Positions 50,529-64,000 of a stretch of DNA of 64,000 bases are shown piece by piece. The stretch is from Octopus sinensis. Lineage: Eukaryota. The DNA lies in NCBI RefSeq assembly GCF_006345805.1, contig NC_043014.1:50654001-50718000 (forward strand), written 5' to 3'. The notes under the pieces are model-generated. The model searched no databases and had not been told where the DNA came from. It was given only the letters and a program-made list of their open reading frames with translations. The position numbers and the translations under genes are program-made. The first letter of the stretch is position 1; each line of letters starts with the position of its first letter.

Positions 50529-50598
50529 ATTAGCGGCAAATCGGAAGACCCTGTTAATTTTGTTGAATATTTCATCACAATATGTGTTCGCCGCTAAT
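50529..50598. mobile_element. Possible mini-MITE with 12-bp imperfect TIRs
   Basis: ATTAGCGGCAAA ... TTCGCCGCTAAT. Confidence 0.35.
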
Positions 50599-50813
50599 TA
50601 AGGTGATGAAAAGTGTAACATGCAGAATGTGTACATGAATACATGTAATGTGGCAATATGTGCAAACTTCGAGGTCACTAAGTGTGTGCATCTAAGAACG
50701 TACTCTATTGTATTTGTAATATGTATATATGTATGTATGTATGTATTTATATAAATACATATGATCATATATATCTATACACATACACAGACACTCACAC
50801 GTATATACATGTG

Positions 50814-50851
<38 letters not shown>

Positions 50852-51169
50852 TATGTGTGTGTGTGTGTGTGTGTATGCATATCTAAATTTGTATGTGTGT
50901 TTATGAAGCTGTGTGTATGTGTGAATAAGTTTTCAAAGTTTTATTGATGTATAAGCTACGAAGCTTATAAGCTCACATACACAACTCTCGTTCCAAACCA
51001 CACACAGAGAAGGAAATAAATTGTCAAAGTTCTACTAACAGGAATTTTGGTGAATACGTGTATTTCGCAATGTGTGTGTGTATGTATGTGTGTGTGTATG
51101 TATAATACTGATCTTCACCTAAATTCAAATGAAATATATACATACACACACATATATATACACATACCC

Positions 51170-51205
<36 letters not shown>

Positions 51206-52117
51206 CACTCACTCTATTTGTATGTATGCATTTAGGCTCATATATGAAAGGAAATCTAAATATGCATATATATATGTATATATATATATATATATATACA
51301 TACATGTATACATACATACATGCATATATATATATATATGGATATATATGTATATATATATACACACATACACGCACACTAACGCACACACATACATAAA
51401 TACATTCACACGAACACCACACACACACACACACCATAATTAAATAGAAAGTATCAGGTTTTGCATTTGCCGAATTCAAATGCGTTAATGAAGAGTTTTA
51501 GAAACTACTTTCGCCGTTTTTCTAACGATTTCTCTCAAGAAGAAATAAGTAAATATTTTAATTTTCCAAATTATAATGAATTGGCTTTAATGAAGTCAGT
51601 CAGCAACTTTTCGTTAAGGATATATGTTCCATGTAAGAAAGGGAAATTTTCATATTGAAATTTGGAAGTTACACATGAAACATACCCGCGTGTGTCTGCA
51701 TAGTGTCATGTGTGTGTAGATGTGTGTATATATATATATATAAATATATAAATAAATAAATAAATATATATATATATTATTTATTTAATTATATATATAT
51801 ATATATGTGCGTGTGTTTGTGTACGGGTTGTTTTGTATATGTGATTTTGTTTGTATATGTTTGCACACACACACACACACACATATATATATTATATATA
51901 TATAATATATATATAAATATAATATATATATATATTTATTTATTTAATTATATATATATATATATATATAAATATATATATACTGAAATATAAATATAAA
52001 TATCAATATATATATAAATATATATTCATGTATGTATGTGTATGTTTGTATATATTTATATATACACTCACGGAGGTCCTCTGGAATACCATGCCCGTGA
52101 TGTTTGAATCCTTACAG

Positions 52118-52170
52118 AATGACCTGATGTATCATCTACTATTTCCGAACGAAGAAAAACTGTTGGGAAG
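52118..52170 (+). CDS. Candidate exon (NDLMYHLLFPNEEKLLG), phase 0 to phase 2
   Basis: TCCTTACAG acceptor, AAG|GTATTG donor; an equally good exon can be drawn on the minus strand. Confidence 0.35.
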
Positions 52171-53512
52171 GTATTGAGTGCTCTTTCCTTTGTTAATTTG
52201 CTCAAACACCCCTCCCCCCCACACACACCGTCACCAAAGTATACGCATATACTCAGAGCGTCCATAAATTATCTATACCATGCGAAAAATTTAGAAGAAA
52301 TAAGAGATGAAGATAAATCATCAATGTTTTCGAAAACAAAGGCAAACAAATAGTTTTATCAGACATATTAGATTTCTTGCAAATATAGTGTGTAATTTGG
52401 AAAGATAATTAATTAAACCTCTGTATATATACATATATATGTATATATTATTTATATGTAGAAAAATACAAACTGGGACAAGAACGTAAAACATTTAGAA
52501 GACGATACAAAAAACACGGACAGGACATTCGAAGCCTTCAATCTTCAGTCAAGAACCGGATCAATCTAGCAATTTCGGCTGATTAATCTTGAGATCGCTC
52601 TGATCCGGCCATTCCCAAGGAAAAACTAATCTACAAGCATTAGATTTCTTGGAAGAAGGATCGAATGTATACGAAACAGGGACAGAAAAAACGGACGATG
52701 CCACACGAATATAAAATACAAAAAACAATAATGGTAAAAACAGGACAAAAACAGCGGGTGTCTTACGACTAATAAACAGTACAACAAGTTTAGCTGACGT
52801 ATTTGGAAAAAAATGCCTTTTTCGGCAGACAAAGACAACAGATGTTCTCACGGCAGCGGTCGGAGGCCAAAAGGCTGATTTTGACCAGCGGTCACGTGAC
52901 AGAAGAGAGAGAAAAGAAAGGGAGCTAAGGAAACAAAGAGAGAGAGAAAGAGGGACGAAAGCAACAAAGGGGGGATGTATGTGTGTGTGTGTGTGTGTGT
53001 CTAAAATAATCATATAAGTTAAATTAGATATCACATGAATGATTACGAGTGACCAGTGAGTTTTGTGCACTGGAGTGCCACTTCGCTCCTTAATTAAATA
53101 CAGGATAATATCTAATAAACACGTCATTAAACTGAAAATTAAACTACGTTTCAGCAATTGGCCCCTTTTAATTTGTGGCCCACTTTTAAGTAAGCCATTA
53201 TGTATTGTGCTACATATTTAATGGTTTAGGTGTCTTTTTATAGTTTTGAGCTCCTCCTAGATTGACTTTGTATCAGATAAGAATCATTTACGCACTTAGC
53301 CTGAAGTCGAAAAGTAAATAATATCTTTAGTTCTAATCAAGCATTTACGACTGAGTTTGTTGTAAATTGACAAATAATTTATATTTAGACAGTTTATTGC
53401 AAGATTTGTTATCGAAGACTGTAGACTATAAAAACAAATTGAAATTGAGCAAAAAAAAATCGACACCAGCATGGCCTCAATTTGCTACAATTAATAGATA
53501 AATATCTCTGAT

Positions 53513-53905
53513 GTGGCTGTGTGGTAAGTAGCTTGTTTACCAACCACATGGTTCTGGGTTCAGTCCCACTGCGTGGCACCTTGGGCACGTGTCTTCTACT
53601 ATAGCTTCGGGCCGACCAAAGCCTTGTGAGTGGATTTGGTAGACGGAAACTGAAAGAAGCCCGTCGTATATATGTATGTATATGTGTGTGTGTGAGTTTG
53701 TATGTCTGTGTTTGTCCCACCAACATTGTTTGACAGCCGATGCTGGTGTGTTTATGTCCACGTCACTTAGCGGTTCGGCAAAGAACCGATATAATAAGTA
53801 CTGGGCTTACAAAGAATAAGTTCCGGGGTCGAGTTGCTCGATTAAAGGCGGTGCTCCAGCATGGCCGCAGTCAAATGACTGAAACAAGTAAAAGAGAAAA
53901 GAGTA
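53513..53905 (+). mobile_element. SINE family A
   Basis: Colinear with 8540-8962. Confidence 0.9.
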
Positions 53906-56035
53906 AGGAGAATATATTTTACAACAACAGTAGAGGAAATCCAAGGAGTTTTTGGTTAGTTGTTAAACAACGATGACTGGTGATAGTAGCCATGTTGGCT
54001 GGCTGCCTTTCGAGACTGTTTTGAAATTCTTCCAGTGAACGTGTATAACGGTAACAGCAATATTTTTAAGCATGTTCTCTCTTCTCATCCATTGATGATT
54101 ATTGTATCCAGGTTATAATTTGTAAGTTATCGAAACTTCTGATAACAGCGGTTTATACTGTTGGCTAGGTAGGAAATGGTATATACAATTCACTGGCATT
54201 AGCCAAAGTAATACAAAGGAACTCGAGTAGAATCAACGCAGTTGACACGCCTGTTTATTTACACACACACACGAACACACATCTATTCATGAAAGTTGTG
54301 TTACCAAAGAAAAACTATGGTGGATCTAATTATAGCTCATTGCCTTGCCACAGGTTTGATGGCGACAAGTAAACGGGAATTAGAAATCTAGTTATTCTCG
54401 TTTTATGACAATTTCTACTCTGCATCAGCAAATTACGTATATTGGATCATCCCATAAATAATGCGATTTTATAAATTTTTTTTTCAAATTTAAGATAACC
54501 GAAGTTCTTTTTTAATCTAAAATATACTCTCCTTCATTTTCTACAATGCTCTTCCGTCTATCTGGTGAGATACTTAGGAAAAAATAGAAAATCTTTCACG
54601 TTTTGAGCCTACGTCCTTCTACAAAAAGGAATGAGGATGATGCGTGTCCGGATTATATATATATATATACATATATATATACATATAAGTATATATATAT
54701 ACACACATGCACACATGCGCGCACACACGAACCCACACGCATCCACACATATATACAGATGTAGCTGAGATTCAGTTGTGTAAAAACATGACAAAATATT
54801 GTTAAAAGTGGTATCGTACAGATATATTTTGACGATCGCAGAAGTCTGAAAATCCAGCAAATACAGCTCAGGAACCTCGAAATAAAACTAAAATATTTCA
54901 CCGCGATATTTCCAAGACCAACCATTTCATATTCGTAGAGTAATTTCGTATCACCTGTCAACCTACGCAGTCATTTTAGGTTAAATTGCATAATACATAA
55001 AATCTATAATTTTCATATCGTCAGTTATATTTTCTTGGTGGTTAGCCCTAAGCCAATTACGGTGTATTTTCTCTGGCAATGACGTTTTTCATCTGTATGT
55101 ATTATTTAAAATGTATTTGAATTGGGAGTCATAACAATATATTAAAATGAAACAAGTTAACTTTTAATATTAAACATCAGAAAATCCAAATAATCGGGTT
55201 GCGAACGTACGTAGCCTGAGAGATTTCATTTTCAGGAAAATTATGCTGAGCTGGTGCAGAAACTAATTCCAAACTTGCTAAGTCAAATTTAACTTACAGA
55301 TAAACACATCAACAGAATTCAATCATTAACAGTATTAACGTTTCTTGCGGATCATACAAAAATATATACGTACAGATACGGCTGGATATATAGGCACGCT
55401 TGTATGTATTTACAGAAAAAAAAAATTCATGTACGAACTATAGGGTCCCTGACGAATTATATAATAAATCCAAACAACCATAGTGCTTCTCACATTCAGC
55501 TGCCGACGCCATTGTATGATATGCGATCAATATATTTCTACAGCAAGAGTCAATGTATTTTATTAACCATATTGTATATGATAACGTTATACGTTTATTA
55601 TTTAATCCCAGCCAAAATATATCTCAGACTATATGAATTTATTTACTCAACTAGTATGTTTACATTATTCATGAGAAAATATGCATTTCCTGACGTTTGC
55701 AGTTGAATAACGAGAAAAGCCACGACTGATAAGGATACACCCCCGCGAAACGTGTGTTCCAGCCACTTCGGTTTATCCTCTGTGGTTTATATTTCATTAG
55801 AAGATGTTTATTATAGAACAAGTAAGTGATTTCTGTGTACATATTTATAAACTATGAAATATATTTCTACGTGTGAATTGCCCTGGGCATTTTCTTGCAA
55901 AGAAAACACACAAACTAAAACAAACTCTCTCTCTCACACGCACACATATACGTGTATATGCTTGTGTGTATGTATGCATACAAACACACATTATATATGT
56001 ATATATATTATATATATATGTATACATAATAATAC

Positions 56036-56090
<55 letters not shown>

Positions 56091-56099
56091 CATCATGTA

Positions 56100-56139
<40 letters not shown>

Positions 56140-56670
56140 ATATACTATATACATATTATCATATTGTATTCCAGAAGTGGGATTAGTCTCACGTTCCCGT
56201 TGCAATCACATAAATGAATCTGCAGAGAATTTCAAAATACAAAAAATCCATTCCAATGAGTAGCGGATATAAAGCTGTCAAATACTTTGGCATGGAGTCA
56301 AAGAATTTGAATGCACAGTGTAGTTTTGTTGGCTTTGCATTGTATATGGAACGTACATATACATAATTAGACATACACACATATTCATACATAGATGCAT
56401 GCATATATACGTGCATATATGTACAGTAACTTTTGCTTTCCGTTTGTTTTCATATATAATATATCAATGTGTGAGTATATGTATGTGTGTGTGTGTGTGT
56501 GTGTGTGTTCATTCCATGTGTGTGTGTTCATTCCATGTGTGTGTGTGCGAGTGTATTCGGAAATTTATGATTCAAAAAATAAGAATAAACATATTTTCTA
56601 TGTCAAAAATAATGAAGACGTTCTTTCTAATAGAAATTTGACTGCAACATATATATATATACATATGTAG

Positions 56671-56818
<148 letters not shown>

Positions 56819-56999
56819 TATATATATATATATGTATGTATATTCTGTTTAATTTATTTTTCAATCTGAAACAAAATACTTTGAAAATGGTATACAAACA
56901 GTGGAATATAATATATTTTTTATTTTTGCTATATTGTATTTTAAAGGAAGCATTCCATTGTATATTAGTGTCCTATATATTTTGATTCTTACGTTTTAG

Positions 57000-57059
57000 T
57001 GGATTTTTCGCAATTCTCGGAAGAATTCACTTTGGTTGTATAAAACCGTTTCAATATCT
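57000..57059 (+). CDS. Candidate exon of gene model C (WIFRNSRKNSLWLYKTVSIS), phase 0 to phase 0
   Basis: TTCTTACGTTTTAG acceptor, TCT|GTAAAT donor. Confidence 0.4.
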
Positions 57060-57870
57060 GTAAATGCATTGGACTATAAAACATTCGGAAAATATTTGTA
57101 CATGTCGTTTGTTTTTCCTCTCTTTTCACTTCTTTCTTCTTTCTTTCCTGTTGTTACACAGTTACAACGTGATTTTCTATTTTCAAAACAGGGTGTCATT
57201 ACACTCTCCCGAATTCCGTACATATATATATACACATATATGCATAAATGTATATATATATATATATACATACATAGAGAGAGACCACACACACACACAC
57301 ACATAAACACTCGCATATATACAGACACACACACATACATATGATGTTACACACACGCGCAAATATATGTGTATGTATATATGTATGTGTGTGTGTGTAT
57401 ACATTACTATATCTCCACACAGATAGACAACACACACACACGCACATAAATGTACATATATGCGCATGCGCGTGTGCGTGTAGAATTGTAAATATATATA
57501 TATATATATATGTATATGTATATACATGCATATAATCTATATGTATACTCATATACATATAGTGCGTTTGTATGTATACACTGACGTGTAAACATACGCA
57601 AAGCAGGCATTCACATCTATTTATATATCTATATATATATATATATTATATATATATATATATTATATACATACTCACATACATAAACACGCACAAACAC
57701 ATATGCACACACATATGTACTCGCATACTCTGTCCATGTTGCGACTACCCCCTTTTCTCTCTATCTATGTTTCTTCATGCGTGCGTGTGCACATACATGC
57801 GACATTTTGTGATTGTTTATATGAAATGTAGATTTAAACGGAATTGACATCTAAAGGTTTATTTCTTCAG

Positions 57871-57921
57871 GCGGACCATGATATCTTGCAGGAAATTGAG
57901 TGGTTTCTAATGGAACCTGAC
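57871..57921 (+). CDS. Candidate exon of gene model C (ADHDILQEIEWFLMEPD), phase 0 to phase 0
   Basis: TTTATTTCTTCAG acceptor, GAC|GTGAGC donor, protein-like peptide. Confidence 0.55.
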
Positions 57922-59076
57922 GTGAGCTTGTTTAAACAGTAACATAGAATACTTAATTCTAACTCAAGTAAGTGACAGACTCTGCGAGACAATGACACAG
58001 AACGAGAGAATATGAAATGAGCGAGAGCGGTTATGAAAGAACGTCGCGATACAGGTAACAAGAAATGTTGCCTAGATCGTATGTATATATATATATATAT
58101 ATATGTGGTTGGATGTGAGAACGAAACACGTTTCGAATATTGGTTTTTGCGAAGACGCTTCACTGAATGTGTGTGCGTTCGTATTTGAACGGATTGCTAT
58201 TCATGTGGAATTGCATTCGACAATAATATATGTCAATCAAATTAGCTACAAGTGTGGAGAAAACTTTTGTGTTCGTTATTGGAACGAGTGCACACTCGCA
58301 CACGCGAACCACACAGACACACAGACACACACACACTTGCTCTCTCTCTCTCACACACAAATTTATACAAGTACACACGATCGCACTGGCGCGCACACAT
58401 AAATACAAGCACGTATGTATATACTATGTGTGCATTGACGTATATGTATGCGTACATACAATTATGTATACATATATACATTTGTATCTGTGTATATGCA
58501 TATAAGCATATATGCATATATATATTATATATATATATATAAATATATATATATAATATTTACGTATATTATATATACACATACATGTGTATATGTATAC
58601 ACATACATACATACACACACACCACACACATATATATATATATTATATATATACACTTATACATGTGCATATAAACATATATATACATATATTTATAAAT
58701 ATATATATATTTATATATACATACATATATATAAATACAAATACATACATGCATACATACATACACACACACACAAACATATATATATATATATATATAC
58801 ACATACACATGCATTCTCCGAACTAATAGACCTCCTGCTTTGTTATATTCGATAAAAGACGACGCAAATGCATTTCTTTAAGTGGTGGGTGACATTTTTT
58901 ATTTAATGGTTTGGCCCAAAAGAAGTGGCTCTGAAAGTGATCTTCGCGTGCCCTTTGTGACCTGGGATATCGATGAGGTGATTGTTCTTCTTAGCCAACT
59001 ACTTTGCAATGACTGGATGCAACAATAGGCAAAAATGGAGGAAAAATAGCGAAGAGGTATTCTGATGAATACCTCA

Positions 59077-59680
59077 GGCGGCGAGCTGGCAGAAACGTTA
59101 GCAGTCCGGGCGAAATGCTTAGCGGTATTTCGTCTGCCGTTACGTTCCGAGTTCAAATTCCGCTGAGGTCGACTTTGCCTTTCATCCTTTCGGGGTCGAT
59201 TAAATAAGTACCAGTTACGGACTGGGGTCGATATAATCGACTTAATCTGTTTTTCTGTCCTTGTTTGTCCTCTCTGTGTTTAGCTCCTTGTGGGTAGTAA
59301 AGAAATAGGTATTTCGTCTGCCACTACGTTCTGAGTTCAAACTCCGCCGAGGTCCACTTTGCCTTTCATCCTTTCGGGGTCGATTAAATAAGTACCAGTT
59401 ACGGACTGGGGTCGATATAATCGACTTAATCCCTTTGTCTGTCCTTGTTTGTCCTCTCTGTGTTTAGCCCCTTGTGGGTAGTAAAGAAATAGGTATTTCG
59501 TCTGCCACTACGTTCTGAGTTCAAACTCCGCCGAGGTCGACTTTGCCTTTCATCCTTTCGGGGTCGATTAAATAAGTACCAGTTACGGCACTGGGGTCGA
59601 TATAATCGACTTAATCCGTTTGTCTGTCCTTGTTTGTCCTCTCTGTATTTAGCCCCTCGTGGGCAGTAAAGAAATAGGTA
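59077..59680 (+). mobile_element. SINE family B trimer with 15-bp flanking direct repeat
   Basis: GGTATT at 59124, 59308, 59492 and 59677; AGGTATTCTGATGAA at 59055-59069 and 59676-59690. Confidence 0.92.
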
Positions 59681-59891
59681 TTCTGATGAAAACCACCTGA
59701 AAAATCAAGCAAGAAGATGAAATTAGACGCTTTTAAAAGCGGTTGCCTTGGAAATAAATGTGCTTGGGTTCGAATGAGACAACTCAGAAGAGCAGACCAG
59801 CGTCCAGTGGCCGTCCCCATCTGCAAGATTTGACGGTGTGGGTGGGACAATTCTCAAGACACTCGATGAACAAATTGGCGAGACATGTCGT

Positions 59892-60070
59892 AAATAGTGA
59901 GCCCTGTGAAAAACATCTTTTAAAGAGAAAAGCTAGGAGAGAGAGAGGTGGGGAAGAGACAGATAGAAAACGGTGAAGGAGGGAGGGGAGAAATTAGAGA
60001 AGGATGGAGAATTAGAGAAAAATGGAGAAAGAAAATAGTATAGAGAAGAGAGTCGCATCAAGAAGGTGAA
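59892..60070 (+). repeat. ~178-bp purine-rich segment duplicated at 63174-63347
   Basis: AAATAGTGAGC...CATCAAGAAGGTGAA in both copies. Confidence 0.85.
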
Positions 60071-60178
60071 GATAAACTTATTTGGAAATGGAGTCACCGA
60101 GTTCAAATATACAATAGATAGTAAATTATATATCTATATACACATGCATATATGGCCTTAAGTGTTGCGGTTTAAGAG

Positions 60179-60214
60179 ATGTTCGAAGATGAGCTAGCAG
60201 CAGACGATCCACAG
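60179..60214 (+). CDS. Candidate exon of gene model C (MFEDELAADDPQ)
   Basis: CAG|GTACTT donor (alternative GTAAGC at 60228); acceptor ambiguous (AG at 60175-60176 or 60177-60178). Confidence 0.3.
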
Positions 60215-60517
60215 GTACTTTCAACACGTAAGCTTTCGCTAGACCGATGCAGTGAGGCTGGCTGCAGACTGATCCTGACCAGTATAGTGATACAGCAACA
60301 AGGATAGATAGATGAATGTGATATTTGGTGAAAGTGGCAAGAGACTGAGCAGATATACTGTACCAGAGGTACTAAACCGGGGTCCATGTGACCTTTGGGG
60401 ATACATTTAAGATTTTGTTGTTAAAAGTAAAGAGCAATAAATTGGTTATAACGCAAGCAAATGTTCCTTGTATCGTGTTTTTGTCTCCCTTTTAATGTTC
60501 GTTATGATTTCGTCCAG

Positions 60518-60718
60518 GTTCCGTCTTGGCTAAGGAAAAACTCCCCTCAACAGATCGCTCTGATAACCCCCCTCCCCGCCACTTATCCAGCTCATCATCA
60601 GAGATGTACATATTGTCAGCCACTTAGGCATACGTTCACGTGGTCAAGGTTAAGTAACTGTGGTATCGGGCAGAATGTTTGCTATAACGATATTTCTGCT
60701 TCAGCAACTCGTGTTTGA
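60518..60718 (+). CDS. Candidate terminal exon of gene model C (VPSWLRKNSPQQIAL...SATRV*)
   Basis: TTTCGTCCAG acceptor, open frame; phase not fixed. Confidence 0.25.
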   Translation, partial: VPSWLRKNSPQQIALITPLPATYPAHHQRCTYCQPLRHTFTWSRLSNCGIGQNVCYNDISASATRV

Positions 60719-61264
60719 AATGTAATGGAAAATAGGTCAGTTTTAAAACAATGTTATCCAGGTCACAGAAGCAAAATTTGAAAGGAATAATAGTCATTTC
60801 CTTTAATTTCTAAACAGAAACAAATTGGAATTAACATTTATTGACCGATAACAATAAATAAGTAAATAAATAACAATTTGACTGCACAGTTTAATCTTCC
60901 ACATACCGACTATATCTGTGGTGTTGAACAAATTTCATCGCATATTTAATTTACGACTCGAATAATTTATTCACCGTTCGATGATAAACGCTGAAAGGCT
61001 GAACAATATCTCGATAGGAATTCAGACATTGATATCAGCCGATGACCTTCGCACTTCGAAAGTCATTGAATATCTTTTTTCCCGATGAATTTTACTATGG
61101 TGATTTATTAAATTACAGTCACAATTAAGACTGGAGTGATCTGCATACATGTATCTGCAAATAACAGAGAAAACATATCTAATTACCTGAAAAAACAAAC
61201 GACAATCACTGTATTTACATATATGCATATATATATATACATACATACACACATATATATGTAT

Positions 61265-61298
<34 letters not shown>

Positions 61299-61483
61299 GT
61301 ATATGTATATATATATATAAGTATATATATGTATATGTATGTATATATATATATATGCAGATAAAAACCTATATCTGAATAAGTATATAAACACACAGAC
61401 ACACACATATATATACATATATACATAATACATACATACAGATATATATATATATATATGCATATATATATGTATATATATAT

Positions 61484-61538
<55 letters not shown>

Positions 61539-61934
61539 CGTGTGTGCATATGTGTGTGTACTGACCAATTCGCTTTAAAATATGTTTATAAACATGTTCA
61601 GCTTAATTGCTTTTTAAATATTTTCTCCTCACTTTAATTATTTTCTTCAGCAGTAAAACAACCTTTGAGCTAATATTCAAATATTTTAAATAAATATGTA
61701 ATAATATCTTTGATGTCATTTTCAAATATACATTATATAGATTAACAAATATTTAATAACTGAAATTGTCTTCAAATAAAGAATATTGCTATATTATTAT
61801 ATCGAAAAGCGAAGCACAATCTTGTATTACGTGTGTCTACAATGTTGTAGACGTACGTATAAATATTATAATATACAAGAAAAATGTATTGAGTTCTGAG
61901 GTTCGTCTGTGTTGATAAATATATTTCTTACCTC

Positions 61935-62158
61935 TTTATTTCCCACAAGGGGCTAAACATAGATTGGACAAACAAAGACAGACAAACGGATTAAATCGAT
62001 GACATCGACCCCAGTGCGTAACTGGTACTTAACTATATCGACCCCGAAAGGATGAAAGACAAAGTCGACCTCGGCGGAATTTGAACTCAGAACGTAACGG
62101 TAGACGAAATACTGCTAAGCATATCGCCCGGCGCACTAACGATTCTGCCAGCTCGCCG
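61935..62158 (-). mobile_element. SINE family B monomer
   Basis: Full head, core and tail. Confidence 0.88.
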
Positions 62159-63351
62159 CAGTGTTGATAAACATATTTCTAATAAGGAGACTTATGACAA
62201 TAAATGAAACAAATTTTCTATCACAACATCGCCTCCATTATTTGAAAGGTTTTAGAAATGATGCTCTCTGTATGATGTTGATACATCTACTAAGAAATAT
62301 TTGCCACATCATCCAGGAGTTGCGCCCTAAACGATAAAAATGGGAAATAACGTTTTGCCTGTCCCCTTAACGATTCTGCCAACTCGCTGCCTAAGGCACC
62401 CTGGAAAATATTGGCATCAGTATGGTAGCATGTTATCAACCATATTTCTTGATTGATCTGCTTGTTTGTTTCAGTCAATGAACTGTAATCATGCTGTGGT
62501 ACCACGTTCAGTGGGTTTTCCCTTATCACAAAAAGATTGGTCTCGAAGGACCGCTTGAGCGTCGGAAAAACAAACTTCTCATTTCGTTTGCTATGTCTCT
62601 TTATGTCTTAAGCTTGAATCCTATGGAGGCCCAACTTTGCCTTTTATCGAATCATGTTCTATGAAAGAAAATATATATATCTCGAAGTAGGGGTCGACGT
62701 AATTGCTGACGACCTTCTTGCTAAATCGTTTGTGTCTAAAATGACAACACTTTGCCATACTATTTTTTAAATATATCTTCGTTTACTTGTGTTCGCTGTT
62801 GTAAAGGCTGCAGGGTATTATTTTGAGTATATGGACATCTGTAACACTTTATGTCGGGTCATTTTACAATGAGCATTTCGTAATGGCTTCGTGATAAGAG
62901 CATAAGATATATTGGCGTATCGAAAGAAATGCTGCACTTCTTCTCTTTGGAGATTCCACCGAGGCTCTTCGCGTTCTGAGTTCAAATTACTTCGAGGTCG
63001 ACTTTATATTCCATCCTTCGACGTTGATGAAATAAGTACCAGTTGAGCACGGGTGTCAATTCAATTGACTTCACTGCTCCAGGTAAAGTGTAGGGAAACT
63101 GCATGATTGTGGAGACATACAAAGAAACCGTACAAAACCAAACATCGAGAGTTGCTTGACTACAACGAGAGGAAAATAGTGAGCGCCGTGAAAAAAATTT
63201 TTTAAAGAGAAAAGCTAGGAGAGAGGGAGTGAGAGACAGATAGAAAACGGCGAAGGAGGGAAGGGAGAAATTAGAGAAAGATGGAGAATTAGAGAAAAAT
63301 GGAGAAAGAAAACAGTATAGAGTAGAGAGTCTCATCAAGAAGGTGAATCGC

Positions 63352-63642
63352 AGTCGATTAAATAAGTACCAGTTATGCACTGGGGTCGATATAATCGACT
63401 TAATCCGTTTGTCTGTCCTCTCTGTGTTTAGCCCCTTGTGGGTAGTAAAGAAATAGGTATTTGGTCTGCCGCTACGTTCTGAGTTCAAATTCCGCCGAGA
63501 ACGACTTTGCCTTTCATCTTTTAGGAGTCGATTAAATAAGTACCGGTTACGCACTGGGGTCGATATAATCGACTTAATCCGTCTGTCTGTCCTTGTTTGC
63601 CCTCTCTATGTTTAGCCCCTTGTGGGTAATAAAGAAATAAGA
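63352..63642 (+). mobile_element. SINE family B, 5'-truncated multimer (about 1.6 units)
   Basis: Same AAAGAAATA|GGTATTT junction. Confidence 0.85.
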
Positions 63643-63770
63643 AGCAGCGGGTACAGACATATGCTCTCTCTCTCTTGCTCTCTCTCTCTCTCTCACACAC
63701 ACGCACACGCCTGTGTGTACATATACCTGTATGTAAATATATATATGTAGTGTAAATATGTATCAATATA

Positions 63771-63960
63771 TACGGGGTGTGATGGGTAAACTGTTGCCAT
63801 TTTGTATTTTTAATTCCGCGCATGTGCACCGTTTGTTTTGTGATTTTGTTGACTACAGAGTATAGTAGGGTCAATTGGGCACCGTCTATGAGAAAAACAG
63901 CACCATGACACTATTCCCTCTGCTACAAATTTATTTTCTTGTTATTTTCTTTGTTGCCTT
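63771..63960 (+). mobile_element. Possible Tc1/mariner-type left end
   Basis: TA-CGGGGTGTGATGGG start after a TA-rich tract; family from recall only. Confidence 0.3.
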
Positions 63961-64000
63961 ATTTAGATAGCAGTTTATTCACCGCATCATATATATGTTA

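Noticed and set aside
52525-52565. Hammerhead-like CUGAAGA...CUUCGAAUGUC on the minus strand
   Set aside because: No GAAA and no foldable stem II/III; probably a repeat remnant but the ribozyme is unsupported
55404-55706. 100-aa + strand ORF
   Set aside because: Length within chance expectation; no clear splice boundaries or motif
59124-59680. CRISPR-like or satellite reading of the 184-bp repeats
   Set aside because: Whole units repeat with no unique spacers, no cas genes, eukaryotic context; units are SINE bodies
60363-60430. Possible hAT-MITE end (CAGAGGTACTAAACCGGGGTCCAT)
   Set aside because: Only one end is visible and no TSD; too weak to list as a feature

Overview
AT-rich, microsatellite-dense metazoan intronic/intergenic DNA. 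The SINE, MITE and Penelope families look like those I recall from octopus genomes (inference, no search run). There is one 100-N gap at 6371-6470. Most ORFs in the track are microsatellite translations. Main content: (1) A nearly intact Penelope-like retroelement on the minus strand (17573-21070). It has an RT + GIY-YIG ORF of about 724 codons broken only by four 1-nt frameshifts. It is capped by an inverted copy of its own last ~310 bp, and both copies carry a minimal type I hammerhead ribozyme with a U3-A8 core. (2) More hammerhead-like motifs in short remnants, including a sense-strand one 45 nt inside a predicted intron. (3) Phase-consistent small exons of up to three unidentified protein-coding genes: + strand at 636-9176, - strand at 11939-16440, and a weaker + strand set at 52118-60718. 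(4) Three tRNA-derived SINE families, one forming recurrent ~184-bp head-to-tail multimers. (5) Decayed R4/Dong-like, RTE, mariner and piggyBac-type MITE insertions. No rRNA, bona fide tRNA or CRISPR array was seen.
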